64,000 bases of DNA, taken from positions 27,342,001 through 27,406,000 of the forward strand of contig OZ024753.1 in the NCBI GenBank assembly GCA_964016885.1. Direction: 5' to 3'. The DNA comes from Eledone cirrhosa. Taxonomy: Eukaryota. Of this stretch, positions 23,911 to 36,740 are shown in pieces. Within the stretch, counting starts at the first letter, position 1. Every line of letters starts with the position of its first letter. Under the pieces are notes generated by a model. It was given only the letters and a program-made list of their open reading frames with translations, searched no databases and had not been told where the DNA came from. The position numbers and the translations under genes were made by a program.

Positions 23911-24851
23911 CTGAAATATTAACAATAATAAAAATGTAATAGACAATGATAATTTCAAAAATTTAGTATATATAAGTGAGTGGGAGTTGAGTCATTCATG
24001 CTGTGTAGGGCAATGATTGAAATCAAAAGTGCTGATTCGAAATATGAAACGCTTGCAAGACTTAAATATTCTTTTTACTAAGTAGTAATCTAACACACAC
24101 ACACAAACACATATATATATGTGTGTGTGTGTGTCTGTGTGTGTGTCTGTGTGAAAGCAGCGATTCTTTGTTCAAACTTTAATCTGTTATTTTAATAAAT
24201 TATTTATATATATATATATATATATATAAATAATTTATTAAAATAACAGATTAACAGTCTAGCTATTGACCAGTTAACTTTCTTGATTTTTTTAGTTGAT
24301 TCTATTGACTAATGAATAGCTTTTGTTAACTTATAACCATTCTGTTGAGAGCTTAATTCGTTTTGTGATATTTTGCATTTTTGCAATAATATATACATAC
24401 TGAATTTCATCGGCCAAAAATAAGGGTTGCCTCCCTTGTCGATCCCCACGTGGGTATCGGTAACGGTCATTCCTTGCCTGGCACTTGAACTAAAACCTGT
24501 TGAGAAAGTGACCTCCTTGTTCAATCATCTTACCAGAAGCCTAAAATTATTTCTCTAAGCGGACAGTACTTGATTAGGAGTCCCAGAAAACCAAATGCTG
24601 GATTTTACCAACCATCCAGGGGTCCGGGTAAATTTTTTCAATCACATTTTATTATTTGTTTGACCCGAATTACTCGGTCGTTTCTATGGTTGTGCGGATG
24701 ACGGTTTAACCATCGTCTCAGTGTGTTTGGCCTTTAATGTATGTTGTAGCTCTGGTTCGTCAGAATTATTGAGCGCTTGTCACACATGTCGGAAGTTGTT
24801 TTTCGCTAATTCCAAAGCATAAAATGCGATTCTCGCTAATTTATATTTGTG

Positions 24852-24957
<106 letters not shown>

Positions 24958-25409
24958 TTTATATATTTATTTATTTATTTATTTATTTATATATATATAT
25001 GTGTGTGTGTGTGTTTGTGTGTGTATATATATATATAACGAAGGAAGTGTAATAAGGAACCAGTTGGATCATAGTACATAGAACGCACCAGAGTACTCGA
25101 TACTATGTGTAGTAGAGCGGGTAATAGGAAAAGAGTCAGGACCCCGACGGCTGAACTCCGGTCGTTTCGACAGCTAGTTCTGAACTAGCTGTCGAAACGG
25201 CCGGAGCTCAGCCGTCGGGGTCCTGACTCTTTTCCTGTGTGTATATATATATTCCATTTAAGTTATTTTGATTACCTAAGGGTAGTATTTGTGGTTCTGG
25301 TCGGCAGATCAAACTGTAACAAATCAAACAAAGCACTCAACGTTATGCAATTCACCTATCGTAGATGTGGTATCCATATCCAGTAGTTGGAGTAGTAACG
25401 GAGTAAAGT

Positions 25410-25735
25410 ATTTATAAAACGACAGCAGAAGGCCGGACTGGAAAATATGCTTTGACATTTTAATTCCGTGAAATATACATAAATAGGATGATGGCCCAGC
25501 TCCATCATCCAATTATGATGTAAGACAGGGCGATATCACCAGGTAACTTCGACAGAATTACATAATAGGGTTATGTTAAACCCAAACTTATCATCGAAGT
25601 TACCTGATGAGATCGTCCTGTCTTGCATCATAATTGGATGATAGAGCTGGGCCATTGACATATGTATAGTGACTTGACGGAATTAAAATTTTAAAGCATA
25701 TCTTCCAGTCCAGCCTTATGTTGAAGTTTTATAAA
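25410..25735. repeat. Inverted repeat near the exon 8 donor
   Basis: GGCCCAGCTCCATCATCCAATTATGATG...CATCATAATTGGATGATAGAGCTGGGCC, with arms extending further. Confidence 0.8.
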
Positions 25736-25817
25736 TGTGTGTCTGTGTGTGCATGCAAGAACTTTGCACTTGCGTGTTAGTATAGATGTCTGTAAAATAT
25801 ATATACATATTTCTTAC

Positions 25818-26016
25818 CTTTAAAACTGTAATCTCTTTCTTTAAGAGCCTCATTTCTTGATAGTTAAAATCGTAATTATTATCATAACTAATATCATCAA
25901 GCTTTTTACCATCGCGATAATGATGAAGTCTAATCTTTCTCGTGGCCAAATGTCCGTGTAGAAAGGTTGCTACTACTTTAATTCCTTCTTCCTTCCATTC
26001 AGTGTTTTTTTTCAGG
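25818..26016 (-). CDS. MOXD1: Copy B exon 8 (...EGIKVVATFLHGHLATRKI...YDFNYQEMRLLKKEITVLK), +1 nt in A8 run
   Basis: TTCAG/GTAAGA; 199 nt (3n+1); HxH CuM motif and YDFNYQ. Confidence 0.87.
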
Positions 26017-26272
26017 CTGAATCTTCAAAGAAACAAGATCAATATACATCATGATCAATTACTTTTAAATTAAACAGACAAATTTATGGAGAATAGTACC
26101 CACAGAAATATATAACCTCTTTCTGAAATATATAACCCATTTCTGCAGGGAATATTAAGAAAAAACATTAACTCAACAGATACGCAAACATTGCACATAA
26201 GACACATGTGATATTTGTTAGGAATTTGGGGCGAAAGAAAATATCATATATGCCATCAAATATGGTACTTGG

Positions 26273-26427
26273 CAGTGCCGGATTTATGACAAATGAGGCC
26301 CTGAACTAGTTAAGTTAAAAGGCTCCTTACATTTGAAAAATACATATTAAAAAATCTTTTGACAAGATGATGGTCTTCTCTGGCCAACGGGGTCCTGTGC
26401 GTAAGCACACCGGTAAACCCGGCACCG
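26273..26427. mobile_element. hAT-type MITE
   Basis: TIRs CAGTGCCGGATTTA / TAAACCCGGCACCG; 8-bp flanks GTACTTGG / ATACTTGA. Confidence 0.6.
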
Positions 26428-27181
26428 ATACTTGAATCTTTTATGTTTTGCCACAATATGATTCTTAAAACATTTTGGTATCAACAGAACGATTTTGTCT
26501 TCGTAGATTGACGGTGATGAGCATGACTGCTTATCATCTCCAAGATTACCAGATCATTTCAAGTGACCCATCAGAAATGGATCAAATTGTGCAATAAGTT
26601 CCATAATTCTTAAAAGAATTTCCAGTGTGTTTAGACCCTATGATCTTTTTACTACCTCTTTGTGCCAGGCCGATTTCGATGAGGATTATTGTCATATTCA
26701 CAACATGGCAACATAATTCTGTCGAGTATTTCTTACTACGGTTTAATATTCACATTCTTCCAATAGAATTAGTAAGCGTAGAATTTTCCATTTAAAATTT
26801 TCCATTGCTCAAGTAAAATCCTATAGACGTATTCTATTGGTTGTTGAACCGTGTACTTAGATTTGGTTGATACCAGTAATTGACCGATACTTATTGTATA
26901 TTCTTTTTAGTTGCCAATGCGAGCAGTTATAAACTATGAAGCACCTTCTAGTCTGCCCCAATCTTGAAGATTCATGCACACTTATCGGCCTTGAAACCTT
27001 AACACCCCAGGCAAGGCTCTGTGCGCAATACTGGATGGGTGTGGTGTAGCGACTCGATAAGAAGTTGCGATGAACTTCAAAAACGAGTTCGACAGTACAG
27101 AGACTAAACACGAAGGTTACAAAGGCCATGGAGGAAATTTCTTTAACGATTTGCAGTAAACATGAAGAGTAAAACATTTAC

Positions 27182-27351
27182 CATAGATTCACACGCTTCA
27201 CAATATCCATGATATTTGAATTCTTTTGCATAAGCTGGAATTTGCTGACGAAATTGACCTCCGACATGATAACCGACTTCTAGAATTGCAGTGTCAAATT
27301 TACGTTTAGTTTCAGTCACAGCCAAAACCACCCCTGAAGAATCACGCACAC
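27182..27351 (-). CDS. MOXD1: Copy B exon 7 (GVRDSSG...FDTAILEVG...IPAYAKEFKYHGYCEACESM)
   Basis: TAG/GTAAAT, 170 nt, phase 1/0; D.SG and IP...F...GYC motifs. Confidence 0.9.
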
Positions 27352-27794
27352 CTATAAATAGCGGGAGAGAAACGTTTAATATAATAGTGTTAAACAAAGG
27401 GAACAAGAGAAATCGGAAAATAGGTCAAAATGTAGGATATGTGAGACAGAAAGGTATGGTTAACATAGAAATGGTCTGAAAAGAATAACAGAAATGAAAG
27501 AATTGCGTGCCATACAAAAATGAGACTTACAAGAAGAAATGTCAAACACAGGAGACTGTGTCAAATAGGGAAGCAAGTTGTGTCAAAGATACAGGTATGT
27601 CAAACATAAAAGTAGAGTATTTGAAACAGGAGAACTGGTGAAACAGAAGTTCATTTAATTGTTCTGACCTACCCATACTTATGGTCAGGAATTTTAGGTA
27701 ATGACCGAAACAATGCAACCACGAATAGAAGCAACTGAAATGGTGTCCCTCTGAAGGGGTCGTCGGTGTAGTCATTACTCGGTAGAGTGCATTT

Positions 27795-28020
27795 CAAGAA
27801 GAAGAAGAAGAAGAAGAAGAAGAAGAAGAAATCAAATACTAAGGTATACGTTAAACAGAATGGTAGTTGTTCTTTAAAGTTAACAGCCCCGGCGGACAGA
27901 ATGGAGAAGGCGTTTCCCCGGAGGACCGCAAGGGAGACGCGCTGGAAAAGCCACTCCAACTCGCGGGGCTCACACCTGCGGCTGGCCAGCTCAGCGCCTA
28001 TGGTGGCGAGTAAGAAGATC
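27795..28020 (-). mobile_element. CRE-like non-LTR retrotransposon 3' end
   Basis: EPRELEWLFQRVSLAVLRGNAFSIL; (TTC)n tail. Confidence 0.75.
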
Positions 28021-28147
28021 CCCTGGGGTGGAGAACACCAGAAGTCTCCACTGCCAGGGGTACGACCGCAAACCTGTCGAGAACGACCGGTATTTGAAGA
28101 GTTTGGTCCCCTCTTGTGTTCAAAATAAGAATATGTCAACAATATAA

Positions 28148-28329
28148 TAATTGTTTCTACTTATGGCACAAGTCCAGCAAAATACCAGTGTATTACTGGT
28201 ACTTTATTTTATCGACCCCGTAAGGATGAAAGGCAAAGTTAACCTCGGCGGGATTTAAACTCAAATCATAAAGGGAGGTAACTCTATGCTTCAAAGCATG
28301 GCGTCCGACCCTCCACTGATACTGCCAAT
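28148..28329 (-). mobile_element. tRNA-derived SINE
   Basis: Family consensus. Confidence 0.82.
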
Positions 28330-28382
28330 AATAATGTAAAATAGGAGGGTATATCAAACATGAGAAACAAACATGAACCTAC

Positions 28383-28485
28383 CTTCCATCTCCTCTGGAT
28401 TATCGTAATGAATCTCTAGTAGAAAGAATAGAGGATCGTCGTCTCCTCCAATTGATAATCCAGTATGTTCGGGTAGGATCATTTT
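28383..28485 (-). CDS. MOXD1: Copy B exon 6 (KMILPEHTGLSIGGDDDPLFFLLEIHYDNPEEME-G)
   Basis: CAG/GTAGGT, 103 nt, phase 0/1; EIHYDNP copper-ligand motif. Confidence 0.9.
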
Positions 28486-28714
28486 CTGTGTGTGACGAAT
28501 GAATACATAAATTACCAGTGTGATAGTAATGTTTTATTTTCATGTTCTACTACATAATACATCTATACAACTAGCGCAGCACTACATATAATAGACAGAT
28601 ATAAACACCCTGTATTTCTATACAATATTTTCGATGGGAGAAAAGAAAGTTTAGCTGCACTAGTTTCAATCCTGTGTTGGGGTTTCATCAGTAAACAAGA
28701 ATCACGCCAACTGT

Positions 28715-28940
28715 CCACAAGGGCGGAGTTGGCCGCCAGCAGGTGCGAGCCCCACGAGGCGGAGAGGTTGTTTCCGCGCGTCTCCCTCGCAGTTCTCCGG
28801 GACAATGCATTCTCCATCCTGTCGGTTGGGACCCAGAGGCGGAGGGCAAGTTAGTTGGTGGTGCAGGATATTCGTTCGGACGTCACTTCTACAACTAAAG
28901 TATATTTATATTTATACAACTGTGAATCTATGAAAATAAC
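28715..28940 (+). mobile_element. CRE-like 3' end, opposite orientation to 27795-28020
   Basis: RCEPHEAERLFPRVSLAVLRDNAFSIL. Confidence 0.7.
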
Positions 28941-29059
28941 CTACTTGAAAGAAGGAAAAGCTGAGTTGATACTGGTGAAATATGAACTCCGATCAGTGGA
29001 AGAAATCCTGTGTAGCCTTTTATTCTGATGTTCTAACTACTCAGTCAATTTTGGGGGCG

Positions 29060-29430
29060 AAAGAGACAGTTGGTGGGGGCTGTTAGTGACTGGAGCAATT
29101 GGACCCCTGTCTCCGCAGCGTGAGATAAGATGAGGTCTCTCAGTCCATTCCACCACTGTCGCTGCTTGGGAAGGATCTCACGGCTGCTAATATGTCCTCA
29201 GTTGGCGCAGCCGGGGAAAGGTTGCTGGCCGAAGCTGGAATGTCCCTGATATCGGCTGGGGGTCGGATGCTTGTGGCGAAGTGCTTATATGACATCCGGT
29301 GTGGACCGGAGTACAGTGTCGCTCCATCCCAGCACATGTACCGCCGCCGAAAAGTCGCCCTCAATTAGTATGAGGCTGACTGAGACGTTTCGTGCTGCCG
29401 GGAGTGGACTGCGGGCGCAGTGTCGGCACA
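29060..29430 (-). mobile_element. CRE-like RT N-terminal fragment
   Basis: DILAAVRSFPSSDSGGMD resembles SFP.GS.GG.DGLRP.HL. Confidence 0.5.
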
Positions 29431-29639
29431 AATAAACATTACCAAAAAATGTATGATAGATACTGCTTATAATAGATGATTCTTTCCTCACGACATACAA
29501 ACATTTTTTTTTTTTTTTTTGCTTTATTTACACTCAAACTTTTAATAGTTTAACTTGAAATACAACCAGCCTTTTGTTAACTCACTGACATTCTGATCCC
29601 TTTTACAGCTGGTTGACAATTTTCACTTACCATTATGTT

Positions 29640-29826
29640 CTGGATTGGCAGTATCGGTAGAGGGTCGGATGCCATGCTTTGACGAATAGAGTTACGGCCC
29701 TTGCCATTCTGAGTTCAAATCCCGCCGAGGTTAACTTTGACTTTCATCCTTACGGGGTCGATAAAATAAAGTACCAGTAATGTACTGGGTAATTTGCTGG
29801 CTTTGTGCCAATAGTAGAAACAATTA
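29640..29826 (+). mobile_element. tRNA-derived SINE, near full length
   Basis: A box TGGCAGTATCGG, B box GAGTTCAAATCC, core CTTTCATCCTTACGGGGTCGATAAAATAAAGTACCAG (recalled as Meta/MESC-like; inference). Confidence 0.85.
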
Positions 29827-29982
29827 TGTTCTGTATTCAATCTGTTTCTTTTATCACTGCAAGAACAGCAGCTGCTTGTCTACACTAGCTAGATGGATTT
29901 GTTTTCTACCTCAGGACCATTTAAACATTTGTACTCTGATCACAGAATTGAAACTACATCAACTTATGTAAAAGAAACTTAC

Positions 29983-30164
29983 CGAGCCTCCAATTGCCCA
30001 CACGAAAACTACAGAGCGACATCCTTTCCAGTCATCTGGCATATTTTTTACATAGCAAACTGATTCAACACTTATTTTCTTTTCAAATGAACTGTTTTTA
30101 TAACAACCATATAATAACATGTGGTGAACAGGAGTTCATGACCTTCTTGAATATAAGGAGACAT
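29983..30164 (-). CDS. MOXD1: Copy B exon 5 (MSPYIQEGHEL[fs]VHHMLLYGC...VWAIGGS), 1-nt deletion
   Basis: TTTCAG/GTAAGT; 182 nt (3n-1); CuH His-His motif only after a frame change at about 30130. Confidence 0.88.
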
Positions 30165-30999
30165 CTGAAAGTAGATAATGGTATTAACATGCTCAATTTT
30201 AATACGATTTTCAGTACCAATTGATTTTATCTCATATTCCATTTTATTTCTAAACTATTTAAGACAAAGTTCTTTGTAAGACAAATTAACTTTCTTTTGT
30301 TATGATATATTTTTTTTATTTTTAACAGACATACTCTCCAATCTGAAATAGAAATCAACCTAACTGTAAAGCTTTCATTTCAGTACTGTACTAGTATACC
30401 GATGCATTACTTCACTTCATTTCACTTTTCCCTTGACTCTCCAGTGTCGTGGTGGCGTTGCAGAGTGGAGCAGTGTACCACGTCCTACCGTCCATCTTTG
30501 TTGCGGAGAGGTTACTCTTTGTCTAGATGCATCTAATGTACATCAGAAGATATTGTTGTGACCGACTTTACGAGATCACAAAGTATTTTTTCCACACCGC
30601 GATGGTGCACCTCTCTTCAGAGAGAACCCCAGGCAAGTTTCTGATAACAGTTATGGAGAGGGAATCTTATTACGAAGCCGGTGGTCTAGCTCAAGCCAAA
30701 GGTCCTCCTATGTCTTAACCTTGGACGCCTTTACTGTCTCTGTTGTGACTTTTAGCGTTTACTTACACCTCGAATGCTACAAGAAAGACTTATTTCCAAA
30801 CTAACTTTACAAGCCTCATTCTTTACTCCCATGGTATTTTTAACATCCTGATCGAACCAGGGAGTCCGCGTACCACCTGGCAGCTCACAGAGCCAAAATC
30901 TACCTAGAAGATAAACTACACAAATCAGGAACAAATACATTAGGTTAGTTATAGAACAGATAATTAGAAAATTCAAAAGAGTAAGGAGAAAATACATAC

Positions 31000-31083
31000 C
31001 ATAACAATATGTGCTTTACCATTAAGGGATGGCCCAGCAAAGGACTTACACCAATAAGTAGTTCTGTCCTTAGGAACCAAAGC
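31000..31083 (-). CDS. MOXD1: Copy B exon 4 (ALVPKDRTTYWCKSFAGPSLNGKAHIVM)
   Basis: TTTCAG/GTATGT, 84 nt, TTYWC motif of Cu2-monooxygenase N domain. Confidence 0.9.
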
Positions 31084-31173
31084 CTGAAATTAATCAAAAA
31101 TCTTTATTTAATCTGTAAAATCAAAACGCCCGGTAACATTGGAGGAAGCTTTAGAAATTTAAATAAAAGTAAT

Positions 31174-31381
31174 GGTTTCTGATTTAGGCACAAGGCCAAC
31201 AGTTTTGAGGGGAGGCGAAAGTCGATTAAATCGACTCCAGTGCATTACTGGTGCTTTATTTTATCGACCCCGTAAGGATGAAAGGCAAAGCTTGCCTCGG
31301 CAGGATTTGAACCCAGAACGTAAAGGGCCGTAACTCTATGCTTCAAAGCATGGTGTCCGACGCTCTACCGATTCTGTCAAA
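31174..31381 (-). mobile_element. tRNA-derived SINE
   Basis: Family consensus. Confidence 0.85.
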
Positions 31382-31422
31382 TCACACCCCTAATTTGAAT
31401 AAAAATAATAAAAAGAACTTAC

Positions 31423-31581
31423 TTCATTCATTCTGAATTCTATGTCCTTTGTATCGTTAGTCATAACGAGATCAGGGAATTTTGGTTGAAGCAGGATCAT
31501 ACTTTTTACGCTATTCGGTTCAAAATTGACACTTATATCATCTTTCTCGCTACATCCCCACAGTACTCTTGAAGTGCTTTG
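31423..31581 (-). CDS. MOXD1: Copy B exon 3 (QSTSRVLWG...DIEFRMNE)
   Basis: TAG/GTAAGT, 159 nt, homologous to 1792-1950. Confidence 0.88.
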
Positions 31582-32780
31582 CTACAAAAAACAACAAAAA
31601 ACCTCATCATCATCAGCAGCAGTAGCAATAATATCCAAACTAACATGAACAACAACGCCCAAAGTCTTAAAAGTAGGAGAGGTTGGAAAATGACACCCAG
31701 TTGAATTGAGTACTCACGTAACACACATGTAACATCGTATAGTTTGCATGAAGTAAATATTTGTGCTCATTAACAAGTTGGTGAAAAGAAATAAACCATA
31801 CTCTCATTTGGGTAATTGCTGGCTTTGTGACTAAAGTAGAAACAATTATTTGTAATAACTGGGGTACGTCGAGTGAAAGGCCTTTGTCGAGAGAGGTGAC
31901 TAACCTCTAACAAAAGTCAGTGTTAATATATTTAATGTGGTGGATATCAACAATATAATCTAAAAAAATTAAATGATAATGAAAAAATCAGCGTCTAATC
32001 AGCGTTTAATCATATCTACAGGTAGAACCGCTACTTCTCCGAATTTAGAGATCACTGCTCCGATACTATAAGCATGTGGTTAGAATGTCCCCGTAGTAGA
32101 CCTCGAGCAAGACGGTTGGATAACATCCATGAGCTTAGCTGGTCTTGCTTGGGGATCCAGCCGGATCAGTTGCTTCTGACAGGACCCGCTGGAAGGAGTG
32201 TCTCATGACTCTGCCCTCACGACCCTCTCGGGAATAAGTGGGCGAAGAAGAAAAAGAAGATATCTACAGATATGAGACACAACAGTGGGGATGTTCCTAT
32301 CAAATTAGACATTCTCAGCTAAGTATAAACTTCATAATTGCTGGAGTTGTGATGAGAGAATCTCTGAGTAAATGCACATTAGAGTGCATGACTATAAGTC
32401 AAAACCTAGCATATTTAAAATGAGGTTAATTACACAAATATGTATTGAATATAATAGTTAAATCACTGTTAACCTGTTTAATGCAGTGTGCAAGGTACAT
32501 CTAATTGGAAATTCTATATTCGGCGAGGAAAAGACAATATTAGCTCAATTAATTACTGACATTATTAGGCCTCTTCAGCGAAGTACAATTAGTACAAATC
32601 CGCTTTATCCTGTCCACCATGTTACGCTAATGAGGTTCAATAAAATGAAAACATGTCATCTTCCCCATTAATAAGCGTAAGATTTTCCCTTAAGCACATG
32701 AACTATGTTTAAAAATTAAATCGTAATTCTCATAATTATTTCTTCTTATCTTTATAAATTTTATGAAATATAATCCTTAC

Positions 32781-32924
32781 TGTAATGTTTATCGCCATAT
32801 TTGGTCCAGAGATTTTTCTAGAGAACGTCAATATTGTCTTCGTGTCAGTTTCATTGAAATACATTAGATGCCATTTACTGGGGTCTTCTTTCTTCAGTTT
32901 CCCATCAGCATTACCATAGTAGTT
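32781..32924 (-). CDS. MOXD1: Copy B exon 2 (NYYGNADG...TFSRKISGPNMAINIT)
   Basis: TAG acceptor, GTAAG donor, 144 nt, phase 0/0; near-identical to 3086-3229. Confidence 0.9.
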
Positions 32925-32952
32925 CTAAAATAAAATGAACAAATATATATCT

Positions 32953-33030
<78 letters not shown>

Positions 33031-33033
<3 letters not shown>

Positions 33034-33415
33034 GATTGGTGCTCTGAAATAGCGATGTATGTATAGTATATTTAGCAATATACCGTATGTTTAATTAAAA
33101 ACATTCTGAAGACCTTGCGCTATCATTTTTAAAGTAGTGACTATGTCACTTCTTTATTCGGCAAAAGAAGGGAGAGAAACTGACATATTCTGTTTCACGC
33201 TGTTGGCGATCCTCAGGGCATCGTACTCCCCGCCTTTGCCGAAAATTATAGAGGTTGGATTCTTATAGAATTCCAGTAGCGATTGCTGGTCCAGCAAAAA
33301 TTAAAAATTAGGATTGGTGCTCTGAAATAGCAATGTATACATGAATGTATGTATAGTATATTTGTCAATATACCGTATGTTTAATTAAGAACATTTAGAA
33401 GAACTTGCGCTATCT
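33031..33415 (+). repeat. Partial tandem repeat (period about 278 bp) after (AT)n
   Basis: TAGGATTGGTGCTCTGAAATAGC... at 33031 and 33309. Confidence 0.75.
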
Positions 33416-33450
33416 TGCCGTTCATTCCAGTAAATTTTCCTGTTAAATAA

Positions 33451-33613
33451 CTGTTTCTACTTTTTGGCACAGGGCCAGCATTACTGGTACTTTATATTAT
33501 CGACCCCGTAAGGATGAAAGGCAAAGTCAACCTCAGCGGGATTTGAACTCAGATCGTTAAGGGACGTAACTATGCAGGAAAGCATGGCATCCGACCCTAT
33601 ACCGATACTGCCA
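33451..33613 (-). mobile_element. tRNA-derived SINE
   Basis: Family consensus. Confidence 0.82.
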
Positions 33614-33742
33614 CTCTACTGAATGAGATATTAAATTCATAATAATAATCTTCATAAAAGGGAATGATTAAAATTAAATCAACATATCAATACTTATAGC
33701 AAACTAATTAAATTCGTTTTGATGTGAAATGATTTAACTTAC

Positions 33743-33994
33743 CGAAGAACTAGATTGATCGCCAGCAACTTCAGCAATGAAAACATCAGCATTTTTCAAA
33801 CTTCCATCCATTGACAACCCTAGTGCTACATAACCCAGGGCTTTCACTTCAGTGTGGAATTGTATGTGAGTTTCATTAAATTTCCATGAAAGATGATAAG
33901 TTTTGTTGGGATCCAGATAAAGAGAGTGGAAATAATCATCCGCCAAGGTACACAAAGCAGGAGAGAAGAGAGTAAATACAAGAAGGTATAACAT
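33743..33994 (-). CDS. MOXD1: Copy B coding exon 1 (signal peptide + DOMON start, MLYLLVFTLFSPALC...GDQSSSS)
   Basis: ATG at 33994; 252 nt; GTAAGT donor; DOMON-like YHLSWKF...GYVALGLS...ADVF. Confidence 0.9.
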
Positions 33995-34849
33995 TATGAC
34001 ACCAGTATAGTACTTTTACTAGAGAGAGATTGGTATTATATGATGATATCTCGCAGTCAACGTATACACTTCAACAAGTTGAAAAAAATGCGTGTCGAAA
34101 ATAATGTACCACAATGGCCGTACACAAAACGGTAATAAGATTCAGTTGAATGGAAATAAACTGGAGTAAACTGGTTTGGTTACTTCAATTGTATGTATGT
34201 ATGTATGTTTATGTCAGGTCACCAGTTGGAGCTACTGCTAATATGTATCCCAGTACAACCTGTCTCATGGTCGTGTCGTTGGGCTTTGCTCACTATAAAA
34301 GTTTCACGGCACAGGCATTGCTTTATATCTGGAGATCTCTCTGCACTTGTCGTCACATGGTACCATGGGCCCAGCACTATGTGTCAATAATTGTCACAAG
34401 TGTAGTCTTTGTACCAGAGTTTTCAAGTCGCTGGCTGGACTAAAAAGTCACACTCGTTCAGCGCATCGGTAGGGGTTCTCCTACATGGGTATAAAGTAGT
34501 GACCGTACTCGAAAACGAGTTGGCAGCCGCCATGTATGTATGTATGTATGTATATATGTATGTATGTATGTATATCACTCTTGAGTGCTACTGGTAACAT
34601 GTAACCTAGTTCAACCTGTTGCATGGTCGGGTCGTCGGCGACTAAGCTGGCAACCCCACCAAGTTTACTTGGTGATTTTGGACACCCTGCAGGACAAAAA
34701 ACAAAACCTGACAAAGGACAAAAGAACTCATAAGAGTCAACGGCCTTCCAAAAGTGTGTAAATATGTATCTATATGTATATGTGTATATACATGGGTGCA
34801 TTTGTGTGTATATGCGTGGGGACATAGAAATAGTCGAGCTGGACACCCG

Positions 34850-35217
34850 ATCACGCGGTTACACCACAGGGCATTCTTCTAGCAGAAGGCAACTAAAAAA
34901 ACTGGGATAACTCCGATATAAAACCTGCGGCTCAGTAGTTACCGATGATGTTGATCTTTTCTTCTTTTCGGGTTATAGCTACTGTCGCTAAGAGAGTGGG
35001 ATTGGCTCGGTGCACAGTCTTTCCTCACTTTAAAAAATATCTTCACGCACAGGTATTGCACGATAGAATTAATTAATAATTATTAATAATGGTATATCGT
35101 TCAATGGCCATACTCGATAACGAGGGGACAACCATCATGTATGTATGTATGTATGTATGTATGTATGTATGTATGTATGTATGTATGTATGTATGTATGT
35201 ATGTACGTATGTATGTA
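34850..35217 (+). mobile_element. SINE-like element with RTE-type tail; second copy 35758-36100 interrupted by a tRNA-SINE (35921-36058)
   Basis: AAACCTGCG..AGTAGTTACCGATGATGTTGATC...GGCCATACTCGATAACGAGGGGAC+(ATGT)n. Confidence 0.7.
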
Positions 35218-35581
35218 AAATTTAAGCAATGATTGCATTGGGAAAATATATAAAACTTCACAATTCCTGTCACGTTATTTGCAGAGTCTAGTGGAGTAAA
35301 AATTTGTAGACTGTTCTTCCTGAAAGCCAATCTGGTTTTCGTGTTGGACGCGGCACTATTACCAGTGAATGTTTTGGTTACCAACTCTGTGCAAGACATT
35401 TTAGATCATTGGCTGGGCTAAAAAGCCACATTCGATTGCAGCACCGTTAATTGTTGATATATGTGTGTATATGTATGTGTGAAGGCATGTATGTGTGTGT
35501 ATGTGTATGTGTGTGTATGTATATGTATATATGTGTGTATATATATGTATACATGTATGTGTGTATGTATATATGTGTGTA

Positions 35582-35612
<31 letters not shown>

Positions 35613-36104
35613 GTGGGAGGAGGGTGTATAAATATATATATTTTTTAATTTTATTTTTTTTTAATTTTATTTTATTATTATTTTTTTTTTCGTGTAATTG
35701 CCATACTCGATAACGAGGGGACAGCCATCATGTATGTATGTACAACAACAACAAAAAAAACCTGCGTCCTAGTAGTTACCGATGATGTTGATCTCTTCTT
35801 TTCGGGTTATAGCTACTGCCGCTCAGAGAGTGGGACTGGCTCTGTGCACAGTCATTCCTCACTTAAAAAAAAATCTTTACGCACAGGCATTGCACGATAG
35901 CATTAATTGATAATTATTAATAATTGTTTCTACTTTTGGCACAAGGCCAGCAATTATCCAGTGCATTACTGGTACTTTATTTTATCGACCCCGTAAGGAT
36001 GAAAGGCAAAGTTAACCCCGGTGGGATTTGAACTCAGATCATACAGGGAGGTAACTCAATTATTAATAATGTTATATCGTGCAATGGCCATACTCGATAA
36101 AATG

Positions 36105-36740
36105 TACAAGAACAGTGGGATCAAACGAATTGACAACGGGGTAAAGCAAGTTGATATTCCTGCTCCTACGCTTTTCTCCATCTTCTTTGCCGCCTTGCCT
36201 ACACATACTTGCCATGATTGTGACAGATGCATTCTTTTACGGTTCAGAACTACTGGAAAGGTTTTCAGCTTGAGAAGACTTAATGCCAAGGCAAACACTT
36301 TTCAAGCTCTGATCAGAGACCTTTTTTATGTCGACGGCGCTGACTTCCTAGCACACACAGAAGCTGACATGTAGCACATTATGGACCGTTTCTCATCCTT
36401 GTGTACAGGATTTGGGCTTACAATCAGCCTTAAAAAGACCAAAGTAATGTTTACCCCTGCTCCTGGAGAACCATATACTGAACCCAATATCATGGTTGAT
36501 GAAACCAGGCTGGGAGTAGTAGAAAAATCTTTCTACTTGAGTAGCAGACTCGCAAATGATGGCTGCTTTGGATTCTGAAATACAACTGCGCATCCAGAAG
36601 GCCTCTGTTGCCTTCAGAAAATTGGAAAAAAGAGTTTGGTCAACTCGCAATATTACCAACAATACCAAGGTGTGTGTGTTTAGATCATCTGTTCTGTCTG
36701 CTCTTTTATACTCTGCCGAAATCTGGACTTCTATTCATAG
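36105..36740 (+). mobile_element. RTE-clade LINE RT fragment
   Basis: NGVKQ..IPAPTLFSIFF, FGLTISLKKTKVM, LLYSAEIW. Confidence 0.85.

Noticed and set aside
27660-27720. GGTCA...TGACC-GAAAC as a hammerhead
   Set aside because: No CUGANGA core and no stem I/III pairing
29640-29730. tRNA gene
   Set aside because: A and B boxes belong to a multi-copy SINE head; no full cloverleaf
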